A stretch of 63,611 nucleotides of DNA, filler included, from Hausera hauseri (GCA_046269625.1; 11 parts of 11 records of this genome joined end to end with filler, not necessarily neighbours in it); one strand, 5' to 3'; shown: positions 10,980-23,832, counted from the whole stretch's first letter. The notes: generated by a model not told the origin, from the sequence alone. Program-made: numbers and translations.

Positions 10980-13244
10980 TTTTGATTGCTGACTTGATTT
11001 TACTGAGATAAGGAATTTCGTCACATTTGTTCCAGTTCGATCAAGTTACTAACTGTTTCTGTTTGAATACGAGTCTCCCAGATTTTCTCGTGTCACAAAT
11101 CAAGCCGCACATCAAATGCGGAACGATATTTACTCGATTAAGTATTTTGTTGAAAGGACAGCACAGCTTTAGCCCTTCGCTTGTTCGCGATAATCTCAAT
11201 ATGCTCCATGAGATTTTGATGGTGCACAGAGAAATCTATTCATCACTGCCTATGAATTATATTTCTCCTATTGACTTCAGTGTTCAATTGGAACAAATGA
11301 CCAAACAAACGGAATATCTTGGACAATTGTTGTACGTCGATCCACATATCACATCATCATGGCCTTTTAGTTTACCCAATAATAATCCAACCAAACTCGG
11401 TGGACTAAAGCTTCTTAGGTATCTCTATCAAATCGGTGTCAACCTGATCACACAAACACATTTCTTTCTAACATTTTATTTTCTGGAAAGAACTCTCGAA
11501 ATCGTGTTGCAACAATTGAATTCTTGGTTATTTCAGGGGATTTTCAATAAAAGTTTGGTATATGAGCAGATCGATGATTTCTTATTCATGCCGACTGTAA
11601 TTATTTGTCGAAGAAAGGAAACACTTGCTTGACACACGCATTTCGTTTGAATGATTTGAAACTGAAGTACGGAGAAACATGGCTGTTTGACGAAATTGGT
11701 GATGATTTGCTGCGTTATGGGAAATCTCTTTGTTTATTCAACGAAATTGATCCTGCTCATTTATTATTACAACACACCAAGTCATTAAATGTCGGCCACA
11801 GTTTAAACTGAGCTATTTGATTAAAAACGATTCACAATACCAAACGCAACGGTATTATGAGACTGTCGAACAGCTGCTAAAGTACCTGCTAATGTCATAG
11901 GAGTGTTTCATGAAGCAAAAACAGAAGGATCAAAAAGATCTCGAGATAAATTCGTCAATGAAGAATTAGGACGACATCAAAGAGAAAATGAAAGGATTTC
12001 GGAAATGAAAAGAAGTGAATATGGTAACCTTCGATTGGCTGCTGAATCTGAAAGACAAATGAAGAAGGAAAAGAATGAAGAAGAAGAGCATGAAGACCAT
12101 GAATTGATTCAAAGAGCAATGACAGCTAATAAGAAAATTATTGATGACATAAAAACCGACTGATTGAACTTTACTCCAAGAAAGTTGCTGATGTTGAAGC
12201 TCGAGAAAAGGTTTTTAAGGAGAGAATAAGAGTCTACGTTGAAACTGTTAGGATCTATGGAGCATCATGAACCTTTTAAGGAAAATAAAAAATGCCGATA
12301 AAATTATTCGGATTGTTCTAAGGGAAATTACAAGCGATGATAAAGATGTTTCAAACAATCTCGATAAGCAATCAAATGTTTCTAGTAATGCATTTCATTC
12401 GGTCATTCAAGAACTTATGTACCCTCATAAATATCAGACTTCTTCCACTGACACTGATAAAGTAAATTTTAACCAAACATCCTCAGACCTCAATGGGAAG
12501 GCACAAAATGTTAAGAAAACCACTTTCCCACATCCCTCAGAATCTAATATTCAGGAATGGCTTTATCTCGCCGCACAACCATCGTCATATGATGAAATGT
12601 TCGAAACCTACAAAGGAATAGTCACATTATCTCATCCATCAGCATCAACTGTACAAGACATTTTGTATCATGGTGACGATCATTCAATATCTATTGATAC
12701 TCCACCAAAACCTGAAGTATTATTCGGACATCCCTCTCAATCAACTATTGAAAAGTTTATTCAACTAGCATTGAAACACCCCAATGCACTTAAAAGAAGA
12801 TAACCTTAAGAATAATAGTGCACAACGACATCCATCTGAATCGACAACTCAAGAATCACTTTATTCTACCCGTGTTCCATCTCCACAGTTCGATGGAACG
12901 TTAACAAAATCAAGAATATTAATATTCATAACCATCCGTCATCGTCCACTATTGAGCAATCAATGTATTCAGACTTTCAAGAATCCCCAATGAGAAGTGA
13001 CTTAATCCAATGGGCTCTTAAAAAATTTTCTGGTATGACTAATGGGGAAATGTTGCAACTAACAGATGCCAATCCGGAACTCAAATTAAGCGGAATGTGC
13101 GGTCTAGTAAATGCAGTATCCGTCCATCCGATGAGTCATTCGATAGAAAGTCAATTAGTTGGAAAGACTCAAAAGGGCCACAGTCAAAGTAAGTTTAAGT
13201 GGATTATAATGGACATTTTTCTCTACTCACTGTGCAATCAATGA
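10980..13244 (+). pseudogene. TUBGCP6: Gamma-tubulin complex component 6 (GCP6) fragment, frameshifted, no introns visible in this span
   Basis: GRIP1-like motifs GLKLLRYLYQ, SWLFQGIF, THAFRL, DDLLRYGKSLCLF..DPAH; then a charged coiled-coil (11903-12163); then repeated HPSxSxIQxxLY motifs (12267-12970) resembling the GCP6 insertion repeats. Split over at least 6 ORFs by stops and frameshifts. Confidence 0.75.
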
Positions 13245-13294
13245 ATTGTCTGACTGAGGGATCCAGCGTGCCCGCCTCCGCTGCGCCGCATCCC

Positions 13295-13515
13295 TTATCC
13301 CTGTTTGTCTTTTCCAATAATATACACCTCTATACTTTCAGTGCTACAAACAGAGAGACTTTGCATTGTCTTTACAGACATTTATCTCCCTTGCTTCACA
13401 CCTCGGATTTTTATTTGTCGCATCATGGCTCTATCCTTAATGTCTATGACTCGTTTTCTTCTTTTTTTCTTCTCCAATCATCCACCTCACTCTCCACTTT
13501 CGTCTACGGGGTGGA
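13295..13515 (+). other. Ubiquitin-like domain ending RLRGG, fused in frame to gag (one frameshift in the T7 run 13462-13468)
   Basis: Reconstructed ~74 aa: LSLFVFSNNIHLYTFSATNRETLHCLYRHLSPLLHTSDFYLSHHGSILNVYDSFSSFF/SSPIIHLTLHFRLRGG. RLRGG lies at 13501-13515 in the same frame as gag. Confidence 0.75.
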
Positions 13516-14562
13516 TCGGACCCCGATCCTTCTTATGCTGAAAATTCCACTAAGACCAGATCTGGTCGTCGTCCTGCTGACATTACACCATCTGCTTCTC
13601 ATAATCTTCCTTGTACAGAGTTCTTCCTGGACAAAACTAATTCCATTCGCACCTGGCTATAATTCCATTTGCAATGGCTTAAAGCCAATCACATCACAGA
13701 TTCTTTCTTACGTGCTAATAGCTTGCTGATTCTTTTTCCAGCAAATATCATACAGCAAATTAATAATCTTTCCGATATACTCACCTCCTCAAATCCATAT
13801 AACATGCTCTATGAATCAGTCCTACATATTACCGACCCTTTCATTGACAGCATAATACAAAAATACTTTAATGAACATGCTATCGGAACTCAAAAGCCGT
13901 CTGATTTCTTTAAAACTGCAATTTCTCAACTAAGTTCCTTAGGCGTCACTCCTACAAACAGTGCCGATCTTCTTCGTCGGTATTTTCTTTCTTACTTACC
14001 AACGTCTATCAGAGAGTTGCTTACTGTCGTAGACGATTCAACGGCACTCGAGAAACTCGCCTTACTGGTAGATAAAAGTTCCAACACCTTACAATCAAAT
14101 AGCTCACAAGCAGTAGCTACAGCAACTGCTCACACGCCATCACGCGCAGATAACACTTTATTTTCGCAACAACTGCATATGCTGAAGAAACAATTCGACA
14201 CACTCCAACAGGCAATTTCTGCGATTACAGCCAAACTTAGTGATTTATCTGTGCCTCGAAAAAGTGAAAACCGTGTTTCGCGTAATCGTAGCCTTTCCAT
14301 GCATTCCTTTTGATCCAAATCTCGAGATGGAAGAATAATTTGCTTTTATCATCAAAAAATCCACAGAGACGCAAGAAAATGTCTTCTGGGCTGTCGATTT
14401 TGTAACGAACGTTATGCAGTAGACAACCCAATCTGCATTTATCACACAAAGTATCAGTCCCAGGCTAGGTCGTATGTGTCAGTATGCAAATATTATAAAA
14501 AGAATTCTAGTTTTTTTCCATCTACTTCTCGCTCTTTTCCCCAACAAACCTCAAAAAACTAA
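13516..14562 (+). mobile_element. gag: Gypsy CsRn1-clade gag with two CHCC zinc knuckles (two premature stops)
   Basis: QKPSDF..LLRRYFLSYLPTSIRELL..LEKLALLVDK core; CFYHx9Cx3C at 14341-14394; CIYHx9(Y)x3C at 14434-14487; ends TCA AAA AAC TAA. Confidence 0.88.
14553..14559 (+). promoter_or_regulatory. Candidate -1 ribosomal frameshift slippery site A AAA AAC at the gag/pol junction
   Basis: X XXY YYZ heptamer in the gag frame immediately before the gag stop TAA. Confidence 0.65.
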
Positions 14563-17500
14563 CAACGCCGCCAGATGCCACTGCACATTCTGGTATAGGC
14601 AATACCGTTGAATATTCTAGCCGTTTAACACCGCCTCTGCAATTTTTCCGTTAAAAGCTTCATTGCGCCCGAACAATGCTTCACACATCGACTTCCTCGT
14701 CTATTCAGGAGCTGCTTTTCGCTCCTTCCCTTGTCCTTCACTCCTACATCCACTATTGTTTCTTCTCCACCGCTTTTCACTGCCAGTGGTCAACCGTTGC
14801 ACACAGCAGGTGCCACAGAACTGATTTTCACATTCGCCAACTTGCCAGATAAGTTTGTCTGGAAATTCCACGTGGCCAGTATTAAATCCCCTATAATCCG
14901 CTGAGATTTTCTGGCCACACATGATCTGCTAATTGACTGCAAGTATCGCTGTCTGCTGCGCACAGACTCCATCGTTGATGCCAATAAATATCTACCAAAC
15001 CTCCCATTAGAAACTTCGTTGTTTTCGGGTGTTAACTCACGTGTAAATATAAAAATGTGTTCGTTGACTAATAACGGTATATTCAGTACTTCATCCATTT
15101 TTTCCATCCCATCAAACGTATCTAAGTCAATTTTAAAACAACCGAGTAAACGGAGTGTTGATGGTGGCAATTACGGTTGTTCTTCGCCAATACCATCTAC
15201 TGTCGTTTCTGATGATATGCCTCAATCATTCTCATCACTGGATTCCAATCTCAAATCTTACATCACAACTTCTTGTTTCCGCACACTCAAAAAAGACGCC
15301 AATTTCAAGCCGCTTTCTACAACTTATCACCATATAGTCACCGAACACCAAAGACCTATCAGACTAAAGGTCAGACCACTATCACCTATTAGACGAAAAG
15401 CCGTTGAATCAGAGTTCAATGAACTCGAAAAGCAGGCATTATTAGAAGATCAAAATCACCATGGGCTTAACCATTGCATGTAGTAACACAAAAGATGGCA
15501 CTTACAGACCATGTGGTGACTATCGACAGTTGAACAATCTAACAGCCCTGGATGCTTACTCATTACCTCTCAAAGGACATCCTGCATAGCCTAACCAATA
15601 CTAATACGTACTCCACAATTGGTTTGCATAAAGCTTATCATCAAATTCCGGTTGCATCTGATGATATTCCAAAAATTGCTGTTATTGCTCCATTTGACTT
15701 CTGAATATATCTTTATGCCATTTGGTCTCTGTGGTACTTCCCAAACTTTTTAACGTCACATTGATACCGTCCTCTCGGGCCTTGACTTTACTCATCCGTA
15801 CATTGATGACATATTAGTTGCCTCCGCATCTGTTAAACAACATCAAGAACACCTCCGTATTATCTTTCACAGACTACATCACAGCAATTTGCAAGTCACT
15901 TTTTCCAAGTGCCATTTCTTTCAAAAACGTGTTAATTTCCCAGGCCACGTGATCACTCCTCACGGCCACTCTCTACAACCGGATCGAGTACAGCAATTGA
16001 AAAACATAACGAAACCAACGACTACTACGAATATGAGGAGTTTCTTAGGCACACTCCACTTCATCCACAAATACGTACAGCATTGTTCTGAGCTTACAGC
16101 ACCTTTCGCACATCTATCATCCGGAAAAAAGAGGCAGTTAATCCACTGGACTCCTAATTTAGTAACCAAATTTGATCACTTACGCGAAGGCCTAAAAACC
16201 GTCGAAATATTGGCCTATCCAAAACCCAAAGCAGATCTTATACTTACCACTGATGCTTCTGCCACAGCTACTGGTGCAGTACTACACCAGATTTTTAACG
16301 GCGTCGATGAACCATTAGAATTTTATTCCAGGAAATGCACACAACCCGAAATCCGTTACTCAACATTTGACCGTGAGTTACGCGCCATAGGTCTGGCAGT
16401 AGAACATTTCAAACATACTTCTCTCTTGTCCATTTGTTATTCAAACTGATCACAAGCCTCTCCTGCATATCATGTCGTTAAAACAGCTATCACTGAGGAA
16501 AAAACGACATATATCATACCTATCTAAATTCGGTTTTGTTTTAGAATACATTTCAGGTACAGACAGTTTAGTCGCAGATTTTCTATCGAGGTCAGTTTGC
16601 TCCATTACAGCTCAGCCGATTTTCCCATTCGAAGTCTTAGAGGCCAATCAACCTTCTGTTGATTTCATTAGCTCCTTCAAATCATTTGAGATCATTGATC
16701 GCATTACATATGATACGTCGACCTTCGGTAATAAAATGATCATTCTAACTCCACCTTTACAAAAGCCAGCTTTCCTTCATACGCATTCACTCCATCATCC
16801 GGGTTCGAAAGCAACCTTTTGCCTGCGTCAAAGTCATGTAGTTTTGCCATCAATACGCAAAGATGTACAGGCCTGGGTTAAGGAATGCGTAGCCTGTCAA
16901 AAATACAAAATCAACAAACACCCTAAACCGCCGCTTTACCATTTCCCATGTACATCACGTTTTCATACAGATCATCTTGATCTCGTTGGCCCTTTACCTT
17001 CTGATAACGGGTATCAACATATCCTGAATATGATGGATCGTGCTTCTTGCTGGCCTGAAGCCGTTCCTCTTTGTTCAACGAACACTGATTTAGTAGCCGA
17101 TGCCTTTATAGAAATCTGAATGATCAGTCACCTTCGGGTTTTAGACCTCAATATATTAGCCCATACAAACTCCTGAATCCCTCATCTCATACAGGTACCA
17201 TCTTACACCAAGACAAAACTTCCAACGTCCATATTTCGAATCTGAAGCCCGATTTCTTCATTAATGACAATCCGGATGCCAATTCCACCTCCAATTCGAA
17301 CTCAACTCTTACTCCTCCCATTCCATCCTCAAACTTTCTTCATGACTTTGCACCGTTGCAGCAATCACTGTTCTGTCACAATCAGTCATCATCATCTTCT
17401 CCATCCATCTCGCCTCCCTCTATTTCGTCATCTCCACTATCTTTTTTACCGCCAATACCTACATCGATCGTTTCACAGCCTTCTGTTTCGTTGCCTTCAA

Positions 17501-17700
17501 TTGCATCACCGTTTTTGTTTGACTTATTCTCTTTACCACTCTCATCATCTTCATGACGAGCAACATCGGACATTGGACTAGTCAATCTCACAAAAATTCT
17601 ATCACAAAATGTCGCTCAACAGCCAAACACAAATCAACCAAGCAAGGTACGCAGAGTGACATTTATCATCTACAGCAAGGAAAAGTTCTTTGATGGTACA
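14563..17700 (+). mobile_element. pol: Gypsy pol (PR-RT-RH-IN), decayed
   Basis: Protease FLVYSGA (~14690), RT RPCGDYRQLN and YIDDIL, RH LTTDASATATGAVLHQ..YSTFDREL, IN HSLHHPG..CVACQ, HLDLVGPLP. Internal deletion near 17120; Ser/Pro-rich tail. Confidence 0.92.
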
Positions 17701-18060
17701 CAACGCTTGATACATACTAAAACCGAATAGGCACTAAATACTGTTCATTTGTTACGATTTATTGTTTTTGCCTATATTGTTTTTATCTCTCCTTTTAACT
17801 TTACATAGTTTNNNNNNNNNNNNNNNNNNNNNNNNNNNNNNNNNNNNNNNNNNNNTTAATTAATTAANNNNNNNNNNNNNNNNNNNNNNNNNNNNNNNNN
17901 NNNNNNNNNNNATCTCACCAGAACCACCAGGTTCCTCTGAGAATCAGGAGAAACTGATGGACTAAAATCTGACCTGAGATCAGCTCAAGATTTGACTTTT
18001 AAATAGATTTTCCATAGACTTAGTGTCTTACAAATATCAATTTTATTTTATCCTTAGACA

Positions 18061-20181
18061 ATGGAAAACATCGAAACTTTTGCTTTTCAAGCTGAGATTG
18101 CTCAGTTGATGAGTCTCATCATTAACACTTTCTACTCAAACAAAGAAATTTTTCTGAGAGAATTGATCTCAAACGCATCTGATGCCCTTGATAAAATCAG
18201 ATACAGAAGTCTCACTGACCCATCTGTTCTTGATTCCCAGAAAGAAATGCACATTAAAGTCATTCCAGACAAAGATGCAAATACACTGACCATAATTGAC
18301 AGTGGTATCGGCATGACGAAGGCTGAACTCATCAATAATTTGGGTACCATTGCTCGATCTGGTACGAAGGCATTCATGGAGGCATTGCAAGCTGGTGCTG
18401 ATGTTTCTATGATTGGTCAATTTGGTGTTGGTTTCTACTCAGCCTACCTTGTAGCTGATAGAGTTCAAGTCATTACAAAGAGCAATGAAGATGAACAATA
18501 TATATGGGAATCTTCAGCTGGCGGATCATTTACAATTGCTCCAGATCACAGTGAACCAATCGGACGTGGTACAAAATTGATCTTGCATATAAAAGAAGAC
18601 CAGACTGAATATTTGGACGATAAGAAAATCAAAGAGATCATTAAGAAACATTCACAGTTTATTGGTTATCCAATTAAATTGGTTCTTGAAAAAGAACGTG
18701 AAAAGGAAGTCTCTGACGATGAGGCCGAGGAAGAAAAGCCAGTCGAAGAAGAAGAAGACAATCCGAAAGTTGAAGATTTAGATGAAGATGCTGACGAAGA
18801 AAAGAAAGATGAAAAGAAAAAGAAGACAATTAAAGAAAAGTACATTGATGAAGAGGAATTGAACAAGACAAAACCATTGTGGACAAGGAATTCTGAAGAT
18901 ATCTCAACTGAAGAATACGCCGAATTTTACAAATCTTTGACTAATGATTGGGAAGATCATCTTGCAGTTAAACATTTTTCAGTTGAAGGTCAACTCGAAT
19001 TCAAAGCTCTTTTATTCTGTCCAAAGAGAGCTCCTTTTGATTTGTTTGAAAACAAAAAGAAGCGAAACAACATTAAATTGTATGTGAGACGAGTATTCAT
19101 TATGGACAATTGTGAAGATATTATTCCAGAATATCTTAACTTTATCAAAGGTGTCGTTGACAGTGAAGATCTTCCATTGAACATCAGCAGAGAAATGCTT
19201 CAACAAAACAAAATTCTTAAAGTTATCAGAAAGAATATTGTGAAGAAGTGTCTTGATTTATTCGAAGAGATTGTTGAAGACAAAGAAAACTACAAAAAGT
19301 TCTATGAGCAGTTTAGCAAAAACATTAAATTGGGTATCCATGAAGATAGCGTAAACAGAAATAAATTGGCTGAATTACTCAGATACCAATCAACAGCAAG
19401 CGGTGAAGAATTAATCAGCCTGAAAGAGTATGTATCCAGAATGAAGGAAAATCAAAAGGACATTTACTACATCACTGGTGAAAGTAAGGAAACCGTGGCC
19501 AATTCAGCTTTCGTTGAAAGACTCGTCAAGAGAAACTTGGAGGTTCTTTATTTATGCGATCCAATTGATGAATACTCCGTCCAACAATTGAAAGAGTATG
19601 ACGGAAAGAAATTGGTCTGTGTTACTAAGGAGGGTTTGGAATTGCCAGAAGATGAAGATGAGAAAAAGAAATATGAAGAACAAAAGGCTGAATTTGAGCC
19701 ATTGTGCAAGGTTGTTAAGGATATCTTGGAAAAGAAAGTTGAAAAGGTAACTGTTTCTAACCGATTGGTCTCTTCCCCATGTTGTATTGTAACTTCGCAA
19801 TTTGGTTGGTCGGCAAACATGGAGAGAATCATGAAAGCGCAAGCTTTGAGAGATAGCAGCACAATGGATTACATGGCTGCCAAGAAACATTTGGAAATCA
19901 ATCCAGATCACAGCATTGTTAAAGCATTGAAATCGCGTGTTGATTCTGACAAAAATGATAGAGCCGTTAAAGACTTGGTTCACCTCCTGTTTGAAACAGC
20001 TCTTCTGGTTTCCGGTTTCTCATTGGAGGATCCGCATGTCCACGGTAACAGAATCCACCGAATGATTAAGTTGGGCTTAGGTATTGATGAAGATGAAACC
20101 GAAGTTTCTACTGAAGCAATCGAACAAGTTGTTCCAATTGGTGCCGATGAAGATGCTGAAAAAATGGAAGAAGTCGATTAA
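18061..20181 (+). CDS. HSP90: Cytosolic heat shock protein 90 (Hsp83/HSP90A), intronless CDS
   Basis: Intact 706 aa; [48 protein letters not shown]-terminal MEEVD. Splice acceptor ttttatccttag lies 3 nt before the ATG (5'-UTR intron). Confidence 0.99.
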   Translation: MENIETFAFQAEIAQLMSLIINTFYSNKEIFLRELISNASDALDKIRYRSLTDPSVLDSQKEMHIKVIPDKDANTLTIIDSGIGMTKAELINNLGTIARSGTKAFMEALQAGADVSMIGQFGVGFYSAYLVADRVQVITKSNEDEQYIWESSAGGSFTIAPDHSEPIGRGTKLILHIKEDQTEYLDDKKIKEIIKKHSQFIGYPIKLVLEKEREKEVSDDEAEEEKPVEEEEDNPKVEDLDEDADEEKKDEKKKKTIKEKYIDEEELNKTKPLWTRNSEDISTEEYAEFYKSLTNDWEDHLAVKHFSVEGQLEFKALLFCPKRAPFDLFENKKKRNNIKLYVRRVFIMDNCEDIIPEYLNFIKGVVDSEDLPLNISREMLQQNKILKVIRKNIVKKCLDLFEEIVEDKENYKKFYEQFSKNIKLGIHEDSVNRNKLAELLRYQSTASGEELISLKEYVSRMKENQKDIYYITGESKETVANSAFVERLVKRNLEVLYLCDPIDEYSVQQLKEYDGKKLVCVTKEGLELPEDEDEKKKYEEQKAEFEPLCKVVKDILEKKVEKVTVSNRLVSSPCCIVTSQFGWSANMERIMKAQALRDSSTMDYMAAKKHLEINPDHSIVKALKSRVDSDKNDRAVKDLVHLLFETALLVSGFSLEDPHVHGNRIHRMIKLGLGIDEDETEVSTEAIEQVVPIGADEDAEKMEEVD

Positions 20182-21086
20182 GTTTCGATACAATAAATAT
20201 TACAATTTGTGTTATTTCATGTATTATCTCTTAGTTTTAATAATTACCTTCGTGCATTAAAGGATAATACATTATGAGTATTTGTCCACATAACTCTTAC
20301 ATATATTAAATCGTGTATGAGATATTTAATGCAAGGTTATCTGCAATTTGAACTAATAATGCTATACGAAACATACGAATGAACCATAATTTGGCCTGAG
20401 GAATTTCCAGATTTGGAAAATTTTCGTGCCGCTTCGTGTGCATGCGTAGTTGGCAGGAGCAAAACTATATGAAGTAAACAATAAAACTTCTCCATTACTA
20501 TAAAAACTTGATTCTACTAAAGGCTAATTGACTTGCATAGTTTCATCGAATTTGGTCCCCAACTTTTGTTTGAAACTCTGGCTTTCATAAATAATGCACA
20601 ATGAACGGTGTTGAGCAGGAATCTCTTATCTTACATGGCCGCAGTAAGTTCGTTAAAAGGTAGAATCTAATATAATGGCATATAAATATGTTTTACAGTC
20701 ACACAACACTGACGACTTACCAGAACAATGATAGACCTACTTGTCGGAATGTTTGGTTTTCAACTCGTGATCTCCGGATGAAACTACAATCATATGTTGT
20801 GAATCGTGACTAAACACCTTCGTTGGAAGTCTGGTAACGTCCTTGACAGAACGTTTAACTGTTTGTGTATGACGAGGCTGTCTTGGTATTCTAATATTCA
20901 ACTAAGTTTAAACGAATTACAATAAATATAATAAAATGTGGTACTTATTTCAACATTTTGTTGATTAAGATTTCAAATGGACTAACATTTGTATATAATC
21001 CTTCACAGATTATCTTTCCTAGATTACATTTACAGATAAGATTGCTACTCAATAAATAATCTCAAATTGTAAAAAGTGCAAACATA

Positions 21087-23822
21087 CATTGTGCGATCAA
21101 TAAGAATTCGGATTGAGACAGAAATAAAAGGAATATATTGATAATTTTTATGGATAATACTTAAATTTATATATTGAAGTTTCTTTTAATGTATCATTTC
21201 TGTACTTCATAGCAACGGTAGTCAACCAAAATTTCGTCATAATCATGATTTCTCCAATAGAGTATTGCAAAGGAGGTATTGCAAGGATATTTATGATCAA
21301 CTGCAAACGTCATACCATATGGATGCGCCATCACTGACAACAATGAAATACCTGGTGCGCGAGTTTAAAGGTGGGAGGACATCAGTTCGCGATGACCCAC
21401 AAGAAATTTGTGATTCCACCAACGAAAAATTGCTCTACATTGTGCGAGAAGATCGACGAATTTCTGTAAAAGTGTTGGCAACTTACTTAAACAACAGTAT
21501 CGGTGGTGTTCACGCCAAACTTAAAGCTCTTGGAATAAAAAAACTCTGTTCCAGGTAAGTTCCTTGCTTTCTGACAGGGGAAATGATACAAAATCGTCTG
21601 AATAGCTGCCAAAACAACCTGAAAATTTGGGAACAACATGACGACAAATTTCTACACAATAGCATAACAGAGGATGACACGCCACTCTTCGTGTCTAAGT
21701 CGAGAGGAGTTGCTTTTTCTGCGGCATCGCGTTCTGTGTCGGTTTTAGCTTTAGCTACATTAGCTATTCTTAAAGTGCTCACATAACTGTTAGCAAGATT
21801 CTTTAATGCAAATGCAAACTGGGTTACTGATTCACCCTTTTGCATTATATTCTGGAAAGCCATACGTTTTTGTGGCGGAGTCACGGTTGGTAATATTTTA
21901 CGGTATAAAGCTCCTACCAGAGAGGACCAAGATTCCTTCTCATTAGTGAGCTCAGTATAGGCGTCAGCAGCCAAATTTTTCAAGTATAGTGACAAGCATT
22001 TTGTCACGCTAGGTGCAAGTGCGGCAACTTCTGCGTCTAATTTATATGTTCTCAAAAACTCATTTAATTCGTCCGGGTCACCGTCGTACGCCGGCACATT
22101 CAAGGAACTAAATGTGAAAATTTCCAGTTTCGACGCTACTGCTGGATTTTCTGCCATAGTATTATTTACGTTATTTAAGTTTTACTTATTTATTTTAGGA
22201 GATTTATTTGTCCTATTCGGAATTTAAAATTCTTTAAGTTGCTCAGTTACAATTAAATTTATACTAGTCAAATTTGTTTCAGACAATGAGCGTCGATTAC
22301 AACTTTTATCTTCTCTATAAATTTTTCCTCCACTTTCACGTAAAGTTACGTTTTCCATACCGTCGGGAATTAAATTTATTATCGTATGATTTATGTTTGT
22401 CAATGTTCTCTATACATTTATCATCTTTAATACACTGAAACTCTAAATTTTAAAATTCTCTCAGTAATCTTATAGCTTCTTAATTGATGTGTGCTAGCTA
22501 GTCAGTAGCGTCGTCGCTGAGGTGTGTTTATTTAACTCTGAAATAGTCAATAGTCTAGCGTAAGCACAATCTGTCCTTCTAGGGTCCCAAAATATTATGT
22601 TTCGGTGGGTCTTAAACAACTCCCGAAACTAAGATTACTTCGAAATTTAATATAGTTTTATTTGCTGTTAAGGACTGTCGTTCTCGATCAGTCGATGTGT
22701 CTACACAAGATTAACGTGCTGGAATTGCATGCATAACAAATTACCGTGATAAGAAAAGTTCTCGTCTCAATTATGTATGATTAAGTTTAAATTTAAATCC
22801 CAGTGTGGCCAAACACTCTTTAAGGGACGGTGATGAAACTATGACAGTTTAACACCAGAAAATATATTATTAAGACAAATATCAATACTTGTCTGACGTA
22901 CAGCGTAGATATCACTACAGCATTAGTAAGTCAATCCACAACATACACAAAGCTAGGTCCAAACACGGTCGTCCATCTTCAATAATTAGCAGTATAGTTA
23001 CTAATTGCTAATTTCTATTCTTCTGAATACTCATTCCGACTTCTGGAACTGATATTTATACCATTCGTGACATGTGGGTGTTTTCGTACATTGCATTTGA
23101 AAAATAATTATTTTTCCGTTTAGTTCAATTTGTTCAACATCTGCGATAATTATTTTAATTTAACTAAATATCTATAGCAATTATCAATGGACGTTTGTTG
23201 ATTACAATTTTCAATCTCGGCGAAGTCAGTTTCGACTAACTTTTGTACTTTTGTAAATAGAATCAATTTTTCAAATACAATTCTGAATTAATATTACTAT
23301 ATATACATTCCAATGATCTACGTACAATTTTGCTCTAATGACTTATTTATAACACTAAGTATTACAGTGACCTTATTGTAGCTACCCGTCGCGCAAGAAG
23401 GAAATCCAGAGGAATTCCTCTGTGGTTTTTACACGATAATGCACCTATGCATACAGTGACCATTTCTCGAGCTGCTGTTGAGAATTCCGGCTTCACACCT
23501 TTAGATCATATGCCACAGTCCCGATCTCGGATCGAGTGATTCCTGACTCTTTCGAAGTCGGAAAAAGTATTTGCGCGGCCAACGCTTTTCTGATTTCAAC
23601 AAGTTGAGAGGCACCGTGGAGAAATATCTCGCCGATTGTTCCAAAATTTTTTCCAGGATGCATCCTGGAACTCGTTACCAGTTGGAAGAGATGTGTGGAG
23701 AGAAACGGATCTTACGTAGAGAAATAATGCTTATGTATGGCCAACTTGTTGTGCTATAAAAATGATATTGATTGGAATTGGTTTTCTGTCTCAGTTCGCG
23801 TACTTATTGATCGCACAACATG
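21087..23822 (+). mobile_element. mariner element with both TIRs, interrupted by an LTR-retrotransposon fragment
   Basis: Left TIR cattgtgcgatcaataagaattcggattgagacagaaa matches the reverse complement of 23783-23822. Transposase pieces: REFKGGRTSVRDD, *VPCFLT, ITEDDT (21245-21685); HDNAPMH..SPDL (23400-23725). Confidence 0.9.
21690..23366 (-). mobile_element. 5' fragment of an LTR retrotransposon (probable LTR ~22600-23366, leader, gag N-terminus)
   Basis: ORF from ATG 22157 with capsid-like VPAYDGDPDELNEFL..FQNIMQKGESVTQFAFALKNLA. Putative LTR starts TGTAATA at 23366. Confidence 0.7.
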
Positions 23823-23832
23823 CATATATATA

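Noticed and set aside
10960-10980. tggtgccaatgact resembling a tRNA-His primer-binding site, implying an extra 5' ORF0 in the Gypsy
   Set aside because: The downstream ORFs are better explained as TUBGCP6 sequence. The match is imperfect and no LTR is evident.
13241-13244. ATGA stop/start overlap suggesting termination-reinitiation into Ubl-Gag
   Set aside because: It lies at the junction of a decayed GCP6 copy and the element, so it is likely coincidental.
18132-19983. Antisense ORFs within HSP90 and similar shadow ORFs elsewhere
   Set aside because: Codon-bias shadows of the real sense-strand CDS.
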